A stretch of DNA of 17,053 nt from Zygophlyctis sp. KS116 (taxonomy: Eukaryota; Fungi; Chytridiomycota), in assembly GCA_054661495.1 (NCBI GenBank), contig BAAFSQ010000217.1:1-17053 (forward strand). Reading direction: 5' to 3'. The notes under the pieces are model-generated. The model saw only the letters and a list, made by a program, of their open reading frames with translations. It did not search any database and was not told where the DNA came from. Of the stretch, positions 10,277-17,053 are shown one piece after another. The translations under genes and the position numbers were made by a program. The stretch's first letter is position 1. Each line of letters begins with the position of its first letter.

Positions 10277-11752
10277 ATGAAAGCCAGCAACTCAAACAGG
10301 GTCCAAGTCCAGATCCGTATCAGAAATATTCCAACCTGGCAGCCTAAATTAAAATCCATCTTTAGCAAGGCCTCTTTCAACAGTTCCAATTCATCATTAA
10401 AGGAAATGCTCTGTATGGAAGTTGTTAGTCCGAACATGATTTCGATTTCAGATCCGGACCCGTCAAGAAATAGATCAGATAAACAGTTTTCTTTTGATAA
10501 AGTATTTGAACCTCTTCATTGTCAAGAAGATATTTATAATGATGCAGCTAAAAAATTAATTGACAAGTGTCTGGAAGGATATAACGGATGTATATTTTCT
10601 TACGGACAGACAGCATCTGGAAAAACATACACAATGCAAGGGATTAGAACAAACGATCGAGATAAAGGTCTCATCTATAGAGCGATTGAGCATATTAATA
10701 GCCATATTCAAACAACGTCTAAAAAGAGCTTTATTGATCCTGTATCAGGAGAAAAAACTAAAATAGAATATTCAGTAAAGGCATCATTTTTAGAAATCTA
10801 TCAAGAATCTCTTAAAGACTTATTGTGTGAAAATGGAGCTCAAGGTAACTTAAAAAGTCTTAATTTTTAGCTGATTTAAGAATTAGAATGGATCCAGATT
10901 CTGTCACAGGAAAAGAGTTACATGTCCAAGGACTAACAGAAAGACATGTCTCAGAGTTTCAAGATTATATCAAAATTCTTGAAATTGGAGCAAAACATCG
11001 AACAGTTGCAGAAACAAATATGAATCAAGTCTCTTCAAGATCTCATGCTGTATATACATTAACAATTGATCAAATTGAATTAAGAGAAAAATCAAATGTT
11101 GTTGGAGCCAGAAAAAGATCTAAAATTCATTTTATTGATTTAGTAATTACTATTGTAAATCTTATATTAGGCTGGATCTGAAAGAGTAGATTCTACTGGT
11201 GCTACAGGTGAAAGACTAAAGGAAGGAGCTAATATTAATCAATCTTTATCAAGTCTTGGAAATGTGATTTCTGCTCTCTCAAAAAGAAAAGGGAAAACTG
11301 ATGGTCATGTTCCATATAGAGACTCTAAGCTTACATACTTGCTTAGTGATTCGTTAGGAGGAAATTCTATAACTTTAATGATTGCATGTGTGACACCTAC
11401 TTCTATTAATTATGATGAAACTGTAGCAACACTTCGATTTGCAGAGAGAGCAAAAAAAGTAAAGAATCGAGCTAGAGTCAATGTGGATGCAGCATCTTTG
11501 CGTATTCTAGAATTAGAAGCAGAAGTCGTTAAATTGAAAAAGATGATTGCCTCATGTACATGTTCAAAAAAGACTAACATACTCTTTCAAACATTTTATA
11601 AAACCATTCAATCTAAAAAATGGAATTGTCTCAGATTCTCTAAATCAGATACGATTGATACCACTGTAGAAAATAAAAAGCACAAGATTTCAAGGAAATC
11701 AATTGTTCCAAATTCACTGGAAATCGTCGAGCAAAATTCCGACACGAAATGA
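10277..11752 (+). CDS. N-terminal-motor kinesin with a short coiled coil and short tail (~473 aa); exons 10277-10844, 10871-11142, 11171-11752
   Basis: FSFDKVF, P-loop [12 protein letters not shown], switch I NQVSSRSH, switch II DL|AGSER (across the 28-nt intron 11143-11170), [10 protein letters not shown] and [13 protein letters not shown]. First intron 10845-10870 (26 nt). Confidence 0.93.
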
Positions 11753-14700
11753 TTACATTTGTTCTATTGTTGGAAGCGTCTAATGAAACTAAACAGGTAT
11801 TTTAAGAGATTTTAACTATTGTTTATTCGTCTTCCGCCTCCTTGTTCCTCTTATAAACTTGAGTTTGTTCTTCCCGTTGGCCCAAAAACAGCAAAGATTC
11901 GAACAAATTACCCAATGGCAAAGTAAGTTTACTGCCATTAATCATAGAGCGTTTAAGAGGGAAGTCATGCATGAAATTGCTTTCAGACGGAGACGGACAA
12001 TGGATGATTGGATAGCATCGATTGATATTACTATTCCTGGAATTTATCAGTATGAATGTGAATTGGAGTGGGATGATGATGTTCAAGGAAACAAGATAAA
12101 TGGTTATTTTCTGGTAATGATATTGTTGAATCAAGTCTGTAGGTTGAGCCGCGGCTCTATACGCCAGATAGTAAATCAGACGATAACAAAAACTTCTTGC
12201 CATTGGATGCAATTTCAATTATTACTGTTATTCCAAAATGGCTGCCTAAAATTGATGATTGGTTACCTTATTTTGCTTCAATGTCAAATGTAAACTATAA
12301 TATGGTTCATTTTGCTCCTATTAATACTCGTGGAGCTTCAAACTCGCCTTATTCAATTTATGATCAATTGGATATTTCTCCTGATTTATTTGAAAAAGAT
12401 TATTCAGTAGAAGAAAAGTGGATAAAGATGAATGATACTATACAGGCAATATATAAGTATAATGGGATGCTTTCAGTAACAGATGTGGTTTGGAATCATA
12501 TGGCAAGTAATTCAATTTGGCTACAAGAACATCCTGAAGCAGCATATAATTTAAAAAATTCTCCACATTTAAGACCAGCTGCAGGTAAATTATAGACCAT
12601 TTTGTCGTTTAAATAGGCTAATTAGATAGAATTAGATGAAGCATTGATTGAATTTTCAAAGATTTATGGGGGTGGAAGAATGGTTATAAATGATGAAAAT
12701 GAACTTTACAAGGCAATAACTGCTTTTAAACAATCCGAATTTACAAAACTTAGACTATGGGAATTTTATGTGATTGATAATAGATCGTTTCTGGATTCTT
12801 TTTCAGAAAGTTGGGATCCTGCAGTTTTAGGAGATGACGGTTTTTACAAGTGTATTGATTTGGGGAATTGTTCTCTAAAGGAAAAGGCCGATTTATTAAA
12901 GAGAGATGCATTGGTTGATAGAAGGATTGGTCACCGATTTTCAAAGACGCTTGATTTAGGAATGGTTTGTTCTTTTATTACAAAGGTATTGCAGGATGAA
13001 GGATCTGAAATGTTGGTCAGCGTTGCAATCAGACAAGTTGAAATTATTTTAAATGAAATTAATCTTGAGTTTTATCAAGAATATGATTTAGATACTGCTA
13101 TTATATTTGATCAGATTCAAAATAGAGCACATTATTTGCGGGTTGCGCCGAATGGACCAAAACTGGGGGTTTTGTGTGAAAAGTATGAAATTATTTGTTG
13201 AATTTACTAGTGAACCATTGGTAGACGCATACTTTACAAGGCTTCCATTGAATGAAATTACTTCCAAGCATGAAAAAGACGAGTTGATACTTGCCCATAA
13301 TGGCTGGATTTGGAATGCAGATCCTTTATTAAACTTTGCATCAAAGGAATCTAAAAGTTATCTCAGGCGGGAATTGATAGCGTGGGCGGATTGTGTTAAG
13401 TTAAGATATGGTGAAACGCCGGTAAGATATAGATTTATAATCCAAAGAAAGATAGTCCATGGCTTTGGGAACATCAATCAAAGTATACTTTGTTGATGGC
13501 TAAACATTTTCATGGTTTTCGTATTGACAATTGCCATTCAACTCCTATTAATGTTGCATCATATTTTCTAGATTTAGCCCGCTCAGTTAATCCAGATTTA
13601 TATGTGATAGCAGAGCTTTTTACGGGATCAGAGGAAAAAGATTTTTTGTTTGTATCAAAACTCGGGATCAATTCTCTGATTCGAGAAGCCATGAGCGCAT
13701 GGAGTCCCCATGAATTCTCAAGACAGGTACATCGACTAGGAGGAATGCAACCAGTTGGATCTTTTATCTCCAGAGCCGAGCGATTTCCTCCTGAAATCTT
13801 AGGACATCATATGGCACCATCATTTTTTGAACCGGAAGGTCAAGATGAAAACCATAGAATTCATTTAAAGGGATCTTCTCCGCATTCTTTGTTTATGGAC
13901 TGGTACATTTCATTAAATCACTTATTTATTAGTACTCATGATAATGAAACTCCACATCAAAAACGTACCGCTGAAGATACTTTGCCAAATGCAGCGATTG
14001 TCGCCATGAGTGATTGTGCAATTGGAAGGTAAAATAATTTTGGATCATGTTAGTGTCAAAGGTTATGATGAAGTGATACCTGAATTATTAAATGTTGTAC
14101 TTGAAAGTAGAAAATACCGGATACCTGAAGATTTTGAAGGTATATTTTTCAAAAATCACAATATGCAGGGATATTACCTGTAAAAAATATTCTTAACCAA
14201 CTACATCAAAAAATGGCAAAACAGGGATACCACGAAATCCACGTACATCAAGAAGGAGATGTAATTATTTTTCTGACTTATGACAGTTTATCTCAATTCA
14301 TCGTCTACACCCTATTACGCATGATGGATATTTACTGATTGCTAGGACATCATTTAATACCCACCCCAATAGCATCATTCATCAGCCCATTACTTTAAAG
14401 GAACAAAATTGCCAATTAATTTTATCCGCAAGTCTTAAAGTAACCACAAAATACGATCCAAAAAAATCATTTTGTATCGAAGAAAGTCACTCTGATAACT
14501 GTGATTGCGAAGATATAATTCTTTCTTCCTCGCCAACATTATATTATCATCCCTCCATATCGCCTGTTCAACAAAAACAAATAATCGGATGTATATCTGG
14601 TTTGCCTAGTTCCTTGGAATTCTCATTATCTACTTCTAATCTTTGCGAATCATCTGACAAAGAGACAGTACGGGGCATGGTCATATCAGTCAACCCGAAT

Positions 14701-17053
14701 GCTTTTACGCCAGGAAGTATTGTGATATATCGGACTTTGCCAGATCATTCAATGATAGAAGGATCAGAAACAATAAATTTAACTGGAGCTGTTCCTTCGC
14801 CTCATTCAAACTTGAACGGATCTATTCTACAACTATTTCCCAACAAAAATCATGCAATTTCCCTTTTTAATAAGGTCACCCAAGATTTTCCTTTTTGTCT
14901 TAGCGTATGGTTTGATGATTACGATGATTTTTTATGGCCTTACGGCTTGAAAGAAGTAGTCAAAGATTTGGAAATGGAAGATATAAATATTGCCCTTTAT
15001 CGCACATCGAAAGAAGAAATTGATGCAATAGGAATTAGTTCGTATAATGTCCCAAATCATGGGGAATTTGCATATGCTGGACTGCAAGGGATGATTACAC
15101 CGCTGCTGCAAATAGCCATAAACAATGATCTCGGACATCCGATTTGTGCTAATTTGCGTGAAGGAAAATGGATGATCAATTACGTCACTGAAAGGCTAGA
15201 AAGGTAATCATTCGTAAAGTAACTTAAGATATCTCTTACATCGTCCAAAACTCAAATTAATTAAAATATGGTTAGAAAAAAGATTGGCACTATTATCAAA
15301 ACTCCCAGTTGTTCTTATTCCAAAATATTTCTTTTGGATAATAATGCTAGCTTATCAAGGGATTAAATATCGTGCAGGTGAGATTTCATCGATGCCTCAA
15401 TCTCTTTGTTCTATATCACACAGAGTTTTTCTTCAGTCATGTAAGATGGTCACTTTTCAGATGTATGGTGTGGTTTTATCAACAACGCTATTTCCTTGTA
15501 AATATCCTGAGTCGATATCTCTCTCTTCTGGCGGCAAAGATGCAGCTCTTTCTTGTTTGGCGGCCGGATTGCCCCATTTTTCCTCCCATCATATGAGATG
15601 TTGGGGACGTGATATATTTATTTCTCTTCGAGGACTATTTTTGTTATCAGGCCGATTCATGGAAGCAAGGAATCACCTTATCGCTTTTGGTTCAACACTG
15701 AAACATGGTTTGATTCCTAATCTATTAGACCAGGGCATTAGACCGAGGTATAATGCACGAGACGCAGTTTGGTGGTGGTTGCTAGCAGTTGCTGAATATT
15801 GTCGCATGTCAGATGAGGGTACGGATTTTCTTGGAGCTGTAGTGGCGCGAAGATTTGTTCCTTGTAAACGGTATATGAGTGGAGTAAATCATGGGTCTGA
15901 ATTACATGAGGGATCTGAAAATTCTTATGCTGACGAATACATTGAGCCTTCTCACCCCCTCACGTATTCATATTCTAACACTATCGCAGAATTATGTCAT
16001 GAAATCTTGGATCGGCATGCGAGAGGGATTCATTTTAGAGAATGGAATGCAGGAACAAATCTAGATCATGCAATGTCAGATCATGGGTTTGATATTGATA
16101 TATTCACAATGTGGAACGATGATATTGGATTTGTGAGTGGGGGATCAAAGCTGAACTGTGGGACATGGATGGACAAAATGGGTGATTCAGAAAAAGCAAA
16201 AACCAAAGGAGTTCCGGCCACACCTAGGGATGGGGCAGATATTGAAATTATAGGACTCTTAAAGAGTACGCTCAATTGGATTGTAAAAGATCTGATTGAT
16301 AAAGTTCCTCATTGGAAATGGAAGCGTGTCTCAAAAGGTAGAATTTTCCCGCTAAAACTAGGAAATAGCTCATATGTTACTTATACTGAATGGAATAATA
16401 TGATCCAGAATTCCTTTGAAAAATGTTTTTATATTCCAGCTGGTAAATTTTGAAGCATTTATGGAACTAGATCCAGAATTTGATAAAGATTTTAATGTAA
16501 ATTCTAAGCTAGTGAATGTGCGAGGCATTTATAAAGACGTTTATGGATCTAGTCTTGAATATTCAGACTATCAACTACGCCCCAATATGTGTGTTGCTAT
16601 GGTTGTTGTAATTTCTTTTCGTGATATTTTAGGCTCCTGAACTGTTCAACCAGTCTCATGCATCGCAAGCCATACGAATTCTTAAGAGCCGTCTATTAGG
16701 TCCTATTGGAATTAAGACTCTTGATCCCAGTGATTGGTCTTATCGAGGAACATATGATAATTCGAATGATTCTGAGGATGGAACCGTTGCACATGGATTT
16801 AACTACCATCAGGGACCTGAATGGGTTTGGATTGCATGTAATTAACCATCTCCAATCTTAAAAAGGAGACTCTATATTTAACATTTAGGTATTTTTGCAC
16901 GAGCGTACTTGAAATTTACGCAAGACTCTAAAGCTATATTAAACTGGATATTTAAAAAAGAAAGCTTTATAAGATGCCTTCAAGACTCATACTGTGGACT
17001 TCCAGAACTCACAAATGCAAATGGAATATTTTGTAGTGGCTCTTGTCCGACGC
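11749..17053 (+). CDS. GDB1: Glycogen debranching enzyme (4-alpha-glucanotransferase / amylo-alpha-1,6-glucosidase), 3' partial, 15 introns
   Basis: [35 protein letters not shown]|[41 protein letters not shown]. Introns at 11797-11821 (GT-TG), 11923-11947, 12114-12142, 12585-12629, 13183-13210, 13422-13447, 13903-13932, 14029-14053, 14140-14168, 14261-14286, 15204-15228, 16338-16361, 16443-16470, 16608-16632 and 16838-16888. The start at 11749 is less certain than the gene identity. Confidence 0.95.
11797..11821 (+). other. Candidate non-canonical 25-nt GT-TG intron (GDB1 intron 1)
   Basis: GTATTTTAAGAGATTTTAACTATTG. Its removal fuses [16 protein letters not shown] to [15 protein letters not shown], and its 3' end differs from the AP-2 sigma intron end TTAACTATAG by one base. 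Confidence 0.6.

Noticed and set aside
6171-16275. Minus-strand and alternate-frame ORFs inside CatSper4, GSH1, kinesin and GDB1 (e.g. 9642-9974, 11823-12218, 10560-10766, 15372-15596)
   Set aside because: They lie within well-supported genes and have no independent coding signal.
616-16888. Introner-like mobile introns
   Set aside because: The introns share no extended sequence similarity with one another beyond splice signals and AT richness.
4742-17053. Reading the fragmented ORFs as pseudogenes, programmed frameshifts or an alternative genetic code
   Set aside because: Each break coincides with an AT-rich GTA...AG segment (one GTA...TG) whose removal restores conserved motifs in the standard code.

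Overview
AT-rich, very gene-dense eukaryotic DNA, most consistent with a zoosporic (chytrid-like) fungus; the taxon is an inference from fungal-type GSH1/GDB1/ALG3, a CatSper channel and DPS-type ankyrin repeats. The ORF track is fragmented because the genes carry ultra-short spliceosomal introns. By hand I reconstruct 40 introns: 38 of 23-31 nt plus outliers of 45 and 51 nt. Gene order: 3' end of a small RVxF-motif gene (+), AP-2 sigma (+), an F-box/ankyrin pseudogene (-), a near-identical second copy of the RVxF gene (+), a tropomodulin-like LRR gene (-), then five tightly packed + strand genes: CatSper4-like channel, ALG3, GSH1, a short kinesin and glycogen debranching enzyme GDB1 (runs off the window). 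Most notable: (i) the tiny-intron system, with candidate non-canonical GT-TG and GA-AG introns and two roughly double-length introns that may be nested or recursive; (ii) a bacterial-style ATGA stop/start overlap between kinesin and GDB1; (iii) a recurrent TCCGA motif just upstream of most start codons; (iv) a CatSper4 homolog lacking the filter Asp. All gene models were built by eye without RNA data.
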